Positions 19,499 to 30,484 of a DNA stretch of 64,000 nucleotides are shown one piece after another. Numbering within the stretch: position 1 is the first letter of the stretch; each line of letters opens with the position of its first letter. The stretch comes from an uncultured delta proteobacterium (lineage in GTDB: Bacteria; Myxococcota_A; Polyangia; Polyangiales; Polyangiaceae), in contig CAWKKR010000008.1 in assembly GCA_963850305.1 (NCBI GenBank), forward strand, positions 800,001 through 864,000, in the 5' to 3' direction. Position numbers and translations under genes: made by a program. Below the pieces are notes generated by a model. It worked only from the letters and a program-made list of their open reading frames with translations. It did no database searches and was not told where the DNA came from.

Positions 19499-21109
19499 TC
19501 AGCTCGCGGCTGCCTTCTTCAGTCTGTCGACGCTCGAAGACAGCTCCCTGACTGCGGTTTCCTGGAGACGCGCGGCTTCCTCGATCTGCTTCGCCGCCTC
19601 GGCGGCCTGCTCGGAGCCCCGCGACTGCTGCCGGTGTGCGCTGTTGAGCTGATGCACCATGTTGCTGATGCTCTCGATCGCCTGAGTGATCTGACGACCG
19701 CCGCGCGATTGCTCCTGGCTCGAGCGCTCGACCTGTTGCGCAACCGTGCGCATGGTCTCGCCCGTCTTCATGATGAGCTCGGTGCCGCGCGCCTGCTGCG
19801 CCGTGGCGGCGGCGATCTGCTGCACCGTCTCGGCGATGCGGCCGATGGCGTCCGTGACCTGCTTGCTGCCCTTCGCTTGCTCGACCGTCGCTCGGGCGAT
19901 GGCGCGGACCATGTTCGTGCTCTTCTGCGAGCTTTCGAGAATCTTCTTCAACGCGCGTTCGGCTTCGTTCGACACCTGGACACCGCGATCGACGTTCTGC
20001 GCGCCGCGCTCGACGGCCTGGATCGCGTTGCGGCTCTCGGACTGGATGGTCTTGATGAGGTCCGCGATTTCCTTCGTGCTCGCTCCGGCGCGCTCGGCGA
20101 GGTCTTTGATCTCGTCCGCGACGACGGCGAAGCCCTTGCCGTGCTCGCCGGCCTGCGCGGCGATGATGGCGGCGTTCAGCGCGAGGAGATTCGTCTGTTC
20201 GGCAACCTCGTCGATGACGTTCAGGATCTGTCCGATCGCGTCGATCCGCGAGCCGAGGTTCGAGATGACCGAGACGGCCTCCTGGCTGCTCTCCTTGATG
20301 CGATAGATTTCCCCGATCGTCTTCAGGATCGATTCGGCGCCGTGTTCCGCGTCGCGAGCCACTTCCTCGCTGAGCCGGGCGGTTTCGTTCGCGTTCGACT
20401 GAACCTGATCGATGGAGACGTCCATCTCGTTCATGGACGAGCTCGTCTCTTCGGCGGTGAGCGAGAGCGCGTCGACGTTCTTCGCCACTTCCTTGATCGA
20501 ATACGTCATCTCTTCGATCGAGGAGACGCTCTCCCGGACGCTCTGGCTGAGCTCGCCGATGTGTTCGGCCATCTCGTCGTTCGTCGCCGTCATCTCGAGG
20601 ATCGAGGAGCTCGACTCTTCGGCGCTCGCGGCGAGCATCTCGACGTGCTGCGCGATCTCTCTCAGAGCCGTGGTCATCTCCTTGATGCTGCGAGCGGCCG
20701 TCTCGCTCAGGGACATCTGGTTCGACACGGTGTCGGTGATACGGCGAAGACCGTCGGTGACTTGCGCACCCGCGACCTCCACGGTGCGCGCTTGTTCGTC
20801 CGACCCCGTCTCGAGCTCCCGAATGGACGCCGCGAGCGCGGCGAGACCCGAGTAAACCTCGAGCAGGTCCGGCGACGCCCCCTCCGGAGGTTCCGGTCGC
20901 TTTCCGTCTCGCGTCCTCGTGACCGCGTCCTTGATGCGATCGAGGGACTCGCCGCGCTTCGCGCCACCCGCCCAGACGACGACGAAGACCGCTATCGCCG
21001 TCAAGGCGACCGCGTAAGGGACGACCGCACGGTCGAGCGCGAGGACCGCGAAGAGCGCGAGCAAGAGGATGAAGATTCCGTAGATCTGTCGCTGGGCGAG
21101 AGGGGGCAT
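19499..21109 (-). CDS. methyl-accepting chemotaxis protein
   Basis: [36 protein letters not shown]; two closely spaced N-terminal TMs; alternative start at GTG 21250. Confidence 0.93.
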   Translation of the reverse strand: MPPLAQRQIYGIFILLLALFAVLALDRAVVPYAVALTAIAVFVVVWAGGAKRGESLDRIKDAVTRTRDGKRPEPPEGASPDLLEVYSGLAALAASIRELETGSDEQARTVEVAGAQVTDGLRRITDTVSNQMSLSETAARSIKEMTTALREIAQHVEMLAASAEESSSSILEMTATNDEMAEHIGELSQSVRESVSSIEEMTYSIKEVAKNVDALSLTAEETSSSMNEMDVSIDQVQSNANETARLSEEVARDAEHGAESILKTIGEIYRIKESSQEAVSVISNLGSRIDAIGQILNVIDEVAEQTNLLALNAAIIAAQAGEHGKGFAVVADEIKDLAERAGASTKEIADLIKTIQSESRNAIQAVERGAQNVDRGVQVSNEAERALKKILESSQKSTNMVRAIARATVEQAKGSKQVTDAIGRIAETVQQIAAATAQQARGTELIMKTGETMRTVAQQVERSSQEQSRGGRQITQAIESISNMVHQLNSAHRQQSRGSEQAAEAAKQIEEAARLQETAVRELSSSVDRLKKAAAS

Positions 21110-21246
21110 CGCGAGTCGATCTCCAGTTCGCGGGCGGACCGCGTAGAGATTGGGAAATCCGTAGCGTATTTGGCGTTCGTCGAGACAACAAGCACGGTCG
21201 TCGCTCCTTATCGAAGCACGCGATAAAACCCCCGTTCCGGCGTCGA

Positions 21247-22899
21247 TCACGAGCTCGGCGGGGGTGAATCGGGGAGCAGCATTGGCCCCGCGACCGGCAG
21301 GAGCACGGTGAACTCGGCGCCGCCGCCCGGTCCATCGCGATATTCGATGTCCCCCCCGTGCTCCACGATGATGCGTTCGACGATGGCGAGCCCGAGCCCG
21401 GTGCCTTCACGCTTCGTCGTCGCGTACGGCGTGAAGAGTCGTGACTTCATGTCGTCGGCGACGCCGGGACCGTTGTCGCGGACGACGATGCGGACGCGAT
21501 GGCCATCCGCTCCGCCTACCTCGACCGTGACCGCAGGACTCGCCACGCCGGCGACCGCGTCGAGCGCGTTCTGGACGAGATTCGTGAGGACCTGGACGAT
21601 CTGCGCCCGGTCCGCGACGATGGGCGGCACGTCTTCGACGTGGAGAGCAATCTCGAGGCCCGCCGCGGAGTGAAGGCCGACGACGTCGCGAACGGCGCTC
21701 TCGAGATCCATGGGTGCCGGGTTCGGAGCCGGGAAGCGAGCGAACTGCGTGAACTCCCGGACGATGGTGGAGATCCGGGATACCTCGTCTAGGACGGTGC
21801 GTGTGGCTTCGTCGAAGTATTCGTCGAACGCGGGGTCGCCGCGAGCCCGGAGGCGTCGCAAGGTTTCGACCGCGGCGCGGATCGGCGCGAGCGGATTCTT
21901 GATTTCGTGAGCGACCTCGCGAGCCACTTCGCGCCGCGCGGCGATCCGCTCCGTCGCCGCGAGTCGCTTCCGGAGCGAAACGAGATCCGCTATCGTCTGG
22001 TTGAACGCGAGCGCGAGTTCCTCGAGCTCGCGACCCCCGCGTCCTTCCACCGGCACCGGCTCTCCGGTGACCACGCGCCGTGCCTGCTCCGAGAGAAGGA
22101 CGATCGGACGCGCCAGTCCGCGCGCCAAGAGAATCGCGATCACGAGCGCACCCGCGAACGTAGCCATGCCCAGGATCACGACGGCGCGATCGAGGTCGGC
22201 GAGGGCATCGGTCAGCGGCAGTCGCGAGCGGGTAGCGACGATCGACATCCCGCCGAGCTGCGGCAAGCGCATGGTCCTGACGAGGAGGTCGCTCGCGTCC
22301 TTTGGCGGCACGAGAGAGAGCGACAACCCCTGCCCGGCGCCGACGCGGGCAAGGACGGACTCCAGATGTCGCGCGCCGTAAAGGCCGAGCGTCTCGTCGC
22401 CGTTCGAACGCGTGCAGTGCGCAACGATGGCCACGGGGCCGTCGTTCGTCCGCAACGTGGCGTGTCGCGAATCGGATCGCAGCTCCGCCGCGAGCTTCCG
22501 ATCACGCGACCCCACGAGCCCGCCCGCCTGCCCGGCGCCCAGGATCTCGCCGCGACCGGTGAGGAGGACGAGCTCGTCCACTCGGATGGCCTTCATCAGC
22601 TCCACGACGCGCAAGCTGAGCGCCAGCCGTCGTCCCGCGTCGAGCTGTCCGGCGCGAAGATCGACGAGAGCCCCATCGAGGACCGGGTCGTGATCGCACA
22701 GCGGGCGCAGCAGCGACGGAAGATCCCGCACCTCGTCGCCGAGCTCCGCGCCGAGGCGCGAGACGGTGCCCTCGAACTGGAGCTGAAACTGTCGCTCCTC
22801 TGCGCGCCGCCACGCTTCGCGAACGCCGATCGCGAGTGAAAGCGTCGTCGCAACGGTGAGCACGCCGATCGCGACGAGCAAGCGCTGGGCGAGCGTCAC
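21247..22899 (-). CDS. HAMP sensor histidine kinase (NtrY-like)
   Basis: Two TMs, HAMP domain, [10 protein letters not shown]-box, NLVQNA, DNGPG, GTGLGL. Confidence 0.93.
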   Translation of the reverse strand: MTLAQRLLVAIGVLTVATTLSLAIGVREAWRRAEERQFQLQFEGTVSRLGAELGDEVRDLPSLLRPLCDHDPVLDGALVDLRAGQLDAGRRLALSLRVVELMKAIRVDELVLLTGRGEILGAGQAGGLVGSRDRKLAAELRSDSRHATLRTNDGPVAIVAHCTRSNGDETLGLYGARHLESVLARVGAGQGLSLSLVPPKDASDLLVRTMRLPQLGGMSIVATRSRLPLTDALADLDRAVVILGMATFAGALVIAILLARGLARPIVLLSEQARRVVTGEPVPVEGRGGRELEELALAFNQTIADLVSLRKRLAATERIAARREVAREVAHEIKNPLAPIRAAVETLRRLRARGDPAFDEYFDEATRTVLDEVSRISTIVREFTQFARFPAPNPAPMDLESAVRDVVGLHSAAGLEIALHVEDVPPIVADRAQIVQVLTNLVQNALDAVAGVASPAVTVEVGGADGHRVRIVVRDNGPGVADDMKSRLFTPYATTKREGTGLGLAIVERIIVEHGGDIEYRDGPGGGAEFTVLLPVAGPMLLPDSPPPSS

Positions 22900-22994
22900 G
22901 GAACCGGAGGGTAGCCGCCCGAGGCGCGCCAGGCGAGTCGCGCTTCTCGCGGGTTGCGCTCGGCACCGCGCGCTGGCACCGTGCGCCGGCTCTC

Positions 22995-25592
22995 ATGGGT
23001 ACTCGTCGATGGCTCGCGCTGGTCGCCGTTTTCGGTGCCGCGTGCTCGCAATCGCTGACGCTGCCGCCGCTCGCTCGTCCGGAGCATCACGCGTTTCTTC
23101 CGAAGGCCGAGGCGCCGCCGCCACCGAAGGTCGGATTTCCGTCGAATCGCCTCACGGTCGTACCGGCGGGGACGTTCGGTCCCTACGTCGGCGATCGTCC
23201 CGAGGGGATGCTCACGGCGTGGGCCGCCGACCTGAACGGCAAGCGGCGATGGCTCACCGCTCCCATCCGACGGACGCCGAGCGAAGAACCGAAGATCGTC
23301 GCGGACGCCGCACCCGACATCGATCTCGTCGCGCTTCGTCCGCTCGGTGGGACGTCGCAAGGGTTCGTGCTGCTGTCGAGCGCGCGCGAATTCTCCGGAG
23401 AACGGGTGGACGCGATGGCGCTGGGCCTTCGGGGCGAACTCGCCGGAGGGCCGACCCCGCTCGCGCAATCGCTGCCCGAGGTGGTCTGGGTCGACGCCGT
23501 GCCGACCGCCACCGGCGCGATCGCCATGTGGGCGGTTCGTCGCGACGACCGCGCGGATCTCTACGGCGTGGAGCTCGGCACGTCGGGCGACCTGCGCGAC
23601 CAACCTTCCGTTCTCGTGCCCGACGTACGCGCCTGGCAAGTCGCCGCGTTTGGACAGGGCGCGGCCATCGCGGCGCTGACGGCCGGCAAGACGCGCGACG
23701 CGCCCGGCACGATCCGCGTCAGCTTCGTCGACAGCGAGGGCCACGCGGACAAGAAGTCGCTGACCGTTGCGGACGGCGCCACGGCGGAACCCGATCTCGA
23801 TCTCGCCGCGCTCGGAGACAAACTCGAGGTCGCCTGGTCGGATCGGAAAGACGGCGAGGCCCGTCTTTACGGCGCGGTCGTGGACGCTTCCGGGAATCTG
23901 ACGAAGCCCGCGTCGGAGCTCGGGTTACCATTCGGCGCCCAGTCGCTGGTGAAGATCGTCCCTCCCGAGCACCCGGGCGGGCCCGCGTTCCTGGCGTGGG
24001 AAAATGCAGTCGAGCAAGGCGACGCGGTGCGGGCGATACGCGTCGCGCCGCTGTCCGCGAGCGGAACTCTGGGCGACGCGTCCGGCATCGTGCAGATGTC
24101 GGCCACGGACGGCGTGCCGGAGCTCGTCGCGACGCCGGCGGGACTTGCGGGACTGACCCTCGCGCCCGCGTGCCGCGTCAGCGAATCGTGTGGCGGGCGT
24201 CGCCCCGTGCCGACCTTCGTCGGGTTCGATTCGACGCTGAACGTCGTCGTGTCCGCCCCGGTCCGCGTCGACGAGCTCGACGGACAGCCCGCTGATCTCG
24301 CGTGGGGACTGACCTGCCACGGGAGCAACTGCACGGCGCTCGCCGCGGGCCCCGGATCGCCCGCGCCCGTATTTTCCGTCGAGCTCTCCGAAGTTCCCCC
24401 GGAATGGACGCCTTCGGCCTGGAATGTCGCGAACGGCCCTGCGCCACGAGCCACGTGGATGAACTCGATCGCCCGGAGTGACTCCATCGCGGAACTGTCT
24501 GCCGTGCGACAGGGTGCGACGTCTCGGGTGGCCTGGGTGACGTATTTCGATCCCGAAACGCCGTTCCTCCGATCGAAGACAGCGGCGCCGGACGGCAAGT
24601 ACGAGCCACCCCGCGCGGTCGTCCGCGTGCTCGACTTGCCCGACAAGGGCGTGCCCGCGGAGACGACGGTGATTTCCTATCGGGCGCATTCGCCGGGTGG
24701 CGTCGCCATCGCGCCCGGTGACCCGACGAGCGGACAGTCGCTCATCGCCTGGGCTGGCATCGACAACAAGGTGCCTCAGGTGTTTCTGACCCTCGTCGGC
24801 CCCAACGGCAAGAAGGTCGCGCAGAAGATGCTGACGCACGGAAAGAACGGGGTCAGTGGCGTCACCCTCGCATCCGTCGGCAACGCCTGGGTCGTCGCCT
24901 GGATCGAAGAGAGGCCGAACGCGTCCGACGTCCACATCGCAAAGGTGGACGACAAGTTGAAGCCCATCGTGACCGAGCGCCGCCTGGGCAACGACGCCGG
25001 GAGCGCCACGGGCGTCCAGCTTCTCGAGCGCGGCGATCACGTGTTTGCCGTCTGGGCCGACGCACGGGGTCCGAACGTCGGCGTTGCCGATATCTTCGCG
25101 GCGCGGCTGTCGTCGGCAGATCTCGCGTCGGTCGGCCCCGAGCATCCCGTCGCGGAAACGCCCACACACTCCCGTTCGCCCGCGCTCGCCGCGTTCGGCG
25201 ACGGGGCCGTCGTGGGGTGGGTCGAAGAACCCCCGAGCAACTCGTCGCAGTCGGATGCGTCGCTCATGTTCGCGCAGCTGGATTCAGGCGCAGAAACCGT
25301 GTCGGGCTCCGTCACGAGGGTCACGCTTTCCGGCTCGGCCGAGGGCCTCGGCATTTCGTGCGGCAACGACGTTTGCCGGTTCGCGGCGTCGGTGGCCACG
25401 AGCGACGCCGGGGGGATCGAGGCGTTCGAGTGGGCCCCGAATCGGGACGTCGTGCCGCGCCACCTCGTTGGCCTGGCCGCCATGCCGCGCGACGCCGCCG
25501 CGCCAGTCATTCTGGGCGACGGGATCTTCTACGCCGATGAGGCTCGCCCCGGAGACGCACGCTTACGACACCTCGGCGTTACCTGGAAGTAA
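22995..25592 (+). CDS. large beta-rich lipoprotein, function unknown
   Basis: 865 aa; lipobox FGAAC; recurring VAW/LAW/AVW strand motifs suggest beta-propellers. Confidence 0.78.
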   Translation: MGTRRWLALVAVFGAACSQSLTLPPLARPEHHAFLPKAEAPPPPKVGFPSNRLTVVPAGTFGPYVGDRPEGMLTAWAADLNGKRRWLTAPIRRTPSEEPKIVADAAPDIDLVALRPLGGTSQGFVLLSSAREFSGERVDAMALGLRGELAGGPTPLAQSLPEVVWVDAVPTATGAIAMWAVRRDDRADLYGVELGTSGDLRDQPSVLVPDVRAWQVAAFGQGAAIAALTAGKTRDAPGTIRVSFVDSEGHADKKSLTVADGATAEPDLDLAALGDKLEVAWSDRKDGEARLYGAVVDASGNLTKPASELGLPFGAQSLVKIVPPEHPGGPAFLAWENAVEQGDAVRAIRVAPLSASGTLGDASGIVQMSATDGVPELVATPAGLAGLTLAPACRVSESCGGRRPVPTFVGFDSTLNVVVSAPVRVDELDGQPADLAWGLTCHGSNCTALAAGPGSPAPVFSVELSEVPPEWTPSAWNVANGPAPRATWMNSIARSDSIAELSAVRQGATSRVAWVTYFDPETPFLRSKTAAPDGKYEPPRAVVRVLDLPDKGVPAETTVISYRAHSPGGVAIAPGDPTSGQSLIAWAGIDNKVPQVFLTLVGPNGKKVAQKMLTHGKNGVSGVTLASVGNAWVVAWIEERPNASDVHIAKVDDKLKPIVTERRLGNDAGSATGVQLLERGDHVFAVWADARGPNVGVADIFAARLSSADLASVGPEHPVAETPTHSRSPALAAFGDGAVVGWVEEPPSNSSQSDASLMFAQLDSGAETVSGSVTRVTLSGSAEGLGISCGNDVCRFAASVATSDAGGIEAFEWAPNRDVVPRHLVGLAAMPRDAAAPVILGDGIFYADEARPGDARLRHLGVTWK

Positions 25593-25792
25593 TGTCGGTG
25601 ACTGTCAGGCCATGACCCTCATTTACCTACATGTTGTCCACCCGCTGGGGATAAGTACGCACCGCTGTTGGCCGCGCAAGGATCGTACGGTGCGCAAGGA
25701 ACCAGCACGATCGGCGTCCGCCCTGAGGGGGAATTCGGGCATCACCCGCTTGAAATCGCATGAATTCGATGACCTTCGGTGCCGCAGGGCGA

Positions 25793-25808
25793 TGGAACGC
25801 CGGCTGCA
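25793..25808 (+). promoter_or_regulatory. possible sigma-54 promoter
   Basis: TGGAAC-GCCGG-CTGCA with GG-N10-GC spacing, upstream of ATG 25821. Confidence 0.4.
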
Positions 25809-25820
25809 GTACCGCTCGCC

Positions 25821-26339
25821 ATGGAACGATCGGTGGAAGAATCGGTGCTCGTCGTGGTCGAGGGTGATGCCGCGTGCCCACTCTGGCTGAACCACTGGGG
25901 CCCGGCGCCGGTCAACGGCTGGAGCATGCTCGAGCAGGAAGAAGGGGAAACGCAGGCCGCGTTCGGCGAGCGCATGACCTCGACCATCGAACGGTTCAGC
26001 GACCCTGAGTCGAACGACGTCGTCGTGATCGTCGTGGGCCGGGGCACGGGCGAAAGCGCGTGCGGCAGCCGCTGGGACCTCGCCGGCACCGTGCTCACGC
26101 ACCTGTCGAAGCGCGCCGGCGGCCGCGTCCTGTTCACCCACGGATACGGTTGCGATGACGCCCCGGACGCCTCGCTGGCCGCCTTCGTCGCAGAGCTTGC
26201 CGCAGAATGGTCCTGGTCGGGCATCGAAATCGGCGTTCGAACCCGGGGTATCGTGCGGACTCCGCAGCTTCGCCGGACCTCGGCGCCGCCCCCAGGCAGC
26301 TACCGCCCCGACGCGCTCCCCGCCTCGCAGGCGGTCTGA
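25821..26339 (+). CDS. hypothetical protein
   Basis: Alpha/beta-like composition and coding-like third positions; no family recognised. Confidence 0.6.
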   Translation: MERSVEESVLVVVEGDAACPLWLNHWGPAPVNGWSMLEQEEGETQAAFGERMTSTIERFSDPESNDVVVIVVGRGTGESACGSRWDLAGTVLTHLSKRAGGRVLFTHGYGCDDAPDASLAAFVAELAAEWSWSGIEIGVRTRGIVRTPQLRRTSAPPPGSYRPDALPASQAV

Positions 26340-26409
26340 TCTTTCGCGGGCCGCGTACGGGCCGGGCCGACGTTGCCATGGCGTGAGATTCGCGTAGAAA
26401 TCCCGCCGC

Positions 26410-28209
26410 ATGTCGCAACCCGAGGCGGCTGCGGGCTCCGATGCTCGCGCCGGAGTGCCGAGCGAGACCCCGGAAGCGGCCTCTCATCCGCCGCGGGTCT
26501 CGAAGGGTGATTGGGTTTGTTGCGGCGTCGTGGTGGCCGTCACGGCCGCTCATGTCGCCTATTACTTTCCGCGGGTCGTCGACGACCTGTTCATCTCGCT
26601 CCGCTTCGCCGAGAACTTCGCGCACGGAAACGGCGCGGTCTACAACCCGGGGGATCGCGTCGAGGGGTATTCGAGTCCGCTCTGGATGTTCTTGCAGAGC
26701 GTCGGGATCTTCCTCGGGTTCGAAGGGGTCACGTGGACGAAGCTCCTCGGTTGCGCGTCGCTCTTCGGGCTCGAGTACGCCCTCTATCTCCTCTCGAGAC
26801 GCGTTTTCGGCATAAAGGGTCCGCTGGCCTTTCTACCCGCCCTGTGCGTCGCCACGAATAGTTACGTCGTGAACTGGGCCGTGCTCGGCCTCGAGACGCC
26901 CCTTCATCTGCTCGCGATCGCCGCAGCACCCGTCGCCATCGAGGCGGCGCTGGCGGCGTCGACCCGGCGGTCCCGCGGAACCGCGACGGTCGCGATCATC
27001 GGCCTCGGGCTCACGCGTCCGGAATCGGTGCTCTACCTCGGCGCGAACGCGCTCGCTCCGTTCGTCCGCGCGACCTCCCTCGCGCGCGCGAACGGCATTC
27101 TGCGAGCGGTCGTGCGCGTGTTCCTGCCCGGGGCGCTGGTGCTCTTCGCGCTGCTGCTCGTTCGTCGCGGCTACTACGGTTCTTTCGTTCCCAACACGTA
27201 CTTCGTGAAAGGCGTCACGAGGGCGTTCGACGTGAACAAGCTCTCGGCCCTCTGGGACGAGGGCGCAACGACCTGGGAAGCCGCGACGTATCTCGGCGGA
27301 GCCGCGTTGCTCCTCTACTTCGGCTTCGCGAGACGCGCGCTCGCGCCAGCGCTCTCCGTGCTCGCGTGCCTTTACTTCACCGCGAATGTCCGGCTCGACT
27401 GGATGCCGAGCCTTCGTCATCTCCTGCCCGTCACGGTGTTGACGCCGGTCGGATTCGCGTGTCTGGCAGACGCGTTCGCTCGCGCACGGCAGCGTCCACT
27501 GCGCCTCCTCGCCTGGACGCCGCTCGTCGTACCCGTGCTGGCGTTCGCCAGCGTCGTCACGATCGACAATCGGAACAGCCCCGAGGAAAATCGCGGGCGC
27601 GGATGGATCCGGCCGAAGACGCTGCGGAAGTGGGAAGACACGCGGCTCTCTTACGAGCGCCTCGAACCGCCGCACGTATCGCGCATGCGGAGCTATGAAA
27701 TGGGCCAGATCACGCAGGCATGGCACGTGTTAGAAGCCAGCGCGGAACCCGTGGCGGAGAGCTGGTACATCGGACGCGATATCGGCGCGGTCGGCTACTA
27801 CACGGGCGTTCGCGTCTTCGACACTGCGGGCCTCTTCACGAAAGAGGTCTCGCACTCGACGGCGTGGACGCGAGACCACCGCGTGCCGGACGACCTGATC
27901 CGAACCGGAATGGCGAAAAGGCCGGTGGCCGGTGAGATCTACGAAGGCTGGGAGACCGCGCTCGGACGGGATCCGGACCTCTTGCGCGGCTATCGCATAC
28001 GGACGGGCAGCATGCGCTCACCCTTCGCGTTTCTCGCCGAGGACCGCCGGCGACCGTCGGCCGCCGAGGTGCTTCGCCGATACGAGGCGATGGTCGCCAA
28101 ATTTCCGAAGCTCTACTATCTGAACACACTGTACGGAGAGTCCGTCGGCGCCGTCGTCGAGAGACGGCTCAGGATCGTGAAGCAGCAACTCTCGACGGGA
28201 AGGCTCTGA
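26410..28209 (+). CDS. GT-C membrane glycosyltransferase (arabinofuranosyltransferase-like)
   Basis: VDDLFISLRFAENFAHGNG...RVEGYSSPLW; GLETPL; TRPE; PNTYFVK; DIGAVGYY. Confidence 0.82.
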   Translation: MSQPEAAAGSDARAGVPSETPEAASHPPRVSKGDWVCCGVVVAVTAAHVAYYFPRVVDDLFISLRFAENFAHGNGAVYNPGDRVEGYSSPLWMFLQSVGIFLGFEGVTWTKLLGCASLFGLEYALYLLSRRVFGIKGPLAFLPALCVATNSYVVNWAVLGLETPLHLLAIAAAPVAIEAALAASTRRSRGTATVAIIGLGLTRPESVLYLGANALAPFVRATSLARANGILRAVVRVFLPGALVLFALLLVRRGYYGSFVPNTYFVKGVTRAFDVNKLSALWDEGATTWEAATYLGGAALLLYFGFARRALAPALSVLACLYFTANVRLDWMPSLRHLLPVTVLTPVGFACLADAFARARQRPLRLLAWTPLVVPVLAFASVVTIDNRNSPEENRGRGWIRPKTLRKWEDTRLSYERLEPPHVSRMRSYEMGQITQAWHVLEASAEPVAESWYIGRDIGAVGYYTGVRVFDTAGLFTKEVSHSTAWTRDHRVPDDLIRTGMAKRPVAGEIYEGWETALGRDPDLLRGYRIRTGSMRSPFAFLAEDRRRPSAAEVLRRYEAMVAKFPKLYYLNTLYGESVGAVVERRLRIVKQQLSTGRL

Positions 28210-28210
28210 C

Positions 28211-30190
28211 ATGGTGAAGGCGGCACTCTCACGCTTCGCGACCTGGCTCTCGACGGTGCTCGGAGCGCTCGGTATCGGCGCGTTCGTGTGGCCGATGGCG
28301 ATCGGGATGGGCATCGGCGTCGGGGGCCTGGAGCTTTTCGTCCCCGCATTCCTCCACGGCATGATCAAGCGACGCGCGACGCTCGAGTTCACCCGGCCGA
28401 GCCTGCTCTCGACCATGGTCGCGGCCGCCGTGGTCGCCGCGATCGCGGCGCTTCTCGCCATTCGCGCGCGACGCCGAGGGGACCGGCGAAGCACGCCGGA
28501 GATATACAATTCCAATCTGCGACGCGGCGCGTTTCTGGCTGCCCTGCCGCTCGTCGTCTCTCTGGCGGAACCACTCGAGGCCACGCATTCGTGGCTCGTG
28601 CTCACGTTCGCCGCGGTCACGGCGATCCTCGTGACGTATTCCGCCTACCACTGGTCGCGGGAGCTTCCGGATGAGTCGCCCCGGTCGCGTTTTCGGTTCA
28701 TGGCACCCACCGTCGTGGGCGTCGCGATCGCGTCGTACATCGTGGTCGTCACGTCCATCGCGTTCATCAACCACCTCGCCTTCAACACCGGACGAAGCGA
28801 CCTCGGCTACTACATGAGCATCTTCCGACAGTCGAGCCAGGGCGTCCCGCTCGGCTGCTCGCTGTGCGGGAACGGGAGCCATCTGACCGGTCACTTCGAT
28901 CCGATCCTGGTGCTGCTCTCGCCGCTATATCTCCTCTATCCGTTCGCGGAGACGCTCCTGCTCCTCCAGACCGTGTGGCTCGCCCTCGGCGCGGTGCCGG
29001 TCTACCTGGTCACCGTTCATCACGTTCGCCGCAGCAGCGCAGGCGTCGCCCTGGCGATTGCGTATCTTGCATTCCCCGCGCTCCACGGAGTGAATCTCTT
29101 CGACTTTCACTCGCTGTCGCTCTGTGTGCCGCTCTTCATCTGGGTCCTTTACTTTCTCGATTCCGGCAAGATCCGCGCGTACTATCTGACACTCCCTCTG
29201 CTCCTCCTGGTTCGCGAGGACATTTCGATCGCGATGTGCCTCGTTGGGGCGGGCGCGCTGTTCTCCAAGGAACCCGCGCGCGTGCGCGTCGGTCTCGTCA
29301 CCGTCGCGGCGTCGGTGGCGTACTTCCTCGTCGCGAAGGGCGTGTTCATGGGGCACATCGATCCCCTGAACTCCACGGGGACGAGTCGCGGCTACGCGGG
29401 CGCGTACGGCGACCTCATTCCCGCAGGCAAATCGACCGCAGGCCTCATCGCCACCGTGTTCGGTGATCCGATGTACGCGCTCACGCGAATCCTGACCGAA
29501 GAGAAGCTCGACTATGTCGCGAAGCTATGCGTGCCCCTGCTCGCCCTTCCGTTCCTCGCCAGGGACAGGCTCCTGCTCTCCTACGGGGCAGCCCTCACGC
29601 TCCTCGGCTCGGTGCCGTTTTTGTACAGCACCCATTTCCAATATTCGAGCATGTTGATTCCCTTTCTCTTCGTGCTCGCTGCCGGCGCGCTCGGCCGGAT
29701 CCGGACGGGGGATGTCTCGTTTCCGCGCGTGTCGGGGGCCCGTCTGTCGCGCGTCTTACCGCTCGGAATCCTCGTCTCGACGCTGCTCTGCTCATGGAAG
29801 TTCGGAGGCATAGTTCCCAACGGCAGCTTCACCGGCGGCTTTCGCCCGCTCGTTCGCACGGTGTCGCCCGGCGGTCTCGCGATGGATGCCTGGCTCCGGA
29901 AGTTCGCGCGTTCGTTGCCGAAGGGAGCCAAGGTGGCAGCCAACAGCCGCATCTTGACGCACCTCGGACCGGTAACGAGCGTTCTCATGATCGACGATCG
30001 GGCACGAGCCGACTACGTCGTCGCGGGCATGGCGAACCACGCCGTGGCCCGGGAACTGAGGCCCGAGATCAGGGCGGGCCGCCTGATCCAGCTCGACTCG
30101 TTCGATGACGTGAAGATCTTCAGGGCGCACTATCCAAAGGCGCCCGCGGCGGCTGCCGCGACGAACCGCCCGCCGATCGAAGCCGAGTGA
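28211..30190 (+). CDS. DUF2079-like membrane protein (GT-C-like)
   Basis: DLGYY...GHFDPILVLLSPLY...ETLLLLQ; FDFH; VREDI. Confidence 0.85.
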   Translation: MVKAALSRFATWLSTVLGALGIGAFVWPMAIGMGIGVGGLELFVPAFLHGMIKRRATLEFTRPSLLSTMVAAAVVAAIAALLAIRARRRGDRRSTPEIYNSNLRRGAFLAALPLVVSLAEPLEATHSWLVLTFAAVTAILVTYSAYHWSRELPDESPRSRFRFMAPTVVGVAIASYIVVVTSIAFINHLAFNTGRSDLGYYMSIFRQSSQGVPLGCSLCGNGSHLTGHFDPILVLLSPLYLLYPFAETLLLLQTVWLALGAVPVYLVTVHHVRRSSAGVALAIAYLAFPALHGVNLFDFHSLSLCVPLFIWVLYFLDSGKIRAYYLTLPLLLLVREDISIAMCLVGAGALFSKEPARVRVGLVTVAASVAYFLVAKGVFMGHIDPLNSTGTSRGYAGAYGDLIPAGKSTAGLIATVFGDPMYALTRILTEEKLDYVAKLCVPLLALPFLARDRLLLSYGAALTLLGSVPFLYSTHFQYSSMLIPFLFVLAAGALGRIRTGDVSFPRVSGARLSRVLPLGILVSTLLCSWKFGGIVPNGSFTGGFRPLVRTVSPGGLAMDAWLRKFARSLPKGAKVAANSRILTHLGPVTSVLMIDDRARADYVVAGMANHAVARELRPEIRAGRLIQLDSFDDVKIFRAHYPKAPAAAAATNRPPIEAE

Positions 30191-30204
30191 CGGCTACTAG
30201 GAAA

Positions 30205-30484
30205 GGGGGGCCTTGCCGCCTTGCCCCCCGCGGCTCGCTTCGCGACCGCTCCCCCGCCGCCTTCGGCGCGCTCGTGTTCGCAAGGGGGTCTTGACCCCCG
30301 CGGCTCGCTTCGCGACCGCTCCCCCGCCGCCTTCGGCGCGCTCGTGTTCGCAAGGGGGTCTTGACCCCCGCGGCTCGCTTCGCGACCGCTCCCCCGCCGC
30401 CTTCGGCGCGCTCGTGTTCGCAAGGGGGTCTTGACCCCCGCGGCTCGCTTCGCGACCGCTCCCCCGCCGCCTTCGGCGGGCTCG
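30205..30484. repeat. 70-bp tandem array (about 3.7 units) of a hairpin-rich REP-like element
   Basis: Units start at 30231, 30301, 30371 (identical) and 30441 (partial); each full unit has GGGGGTC-TT-GACCCCC and two cTTCg-containing hairpins. Confidence 0.95.

Noticed and set aside
30226..30484. CRISPR array
   Set aside because: Units are contiguous and identical with no unique spacers, and no cas genes are in the window.
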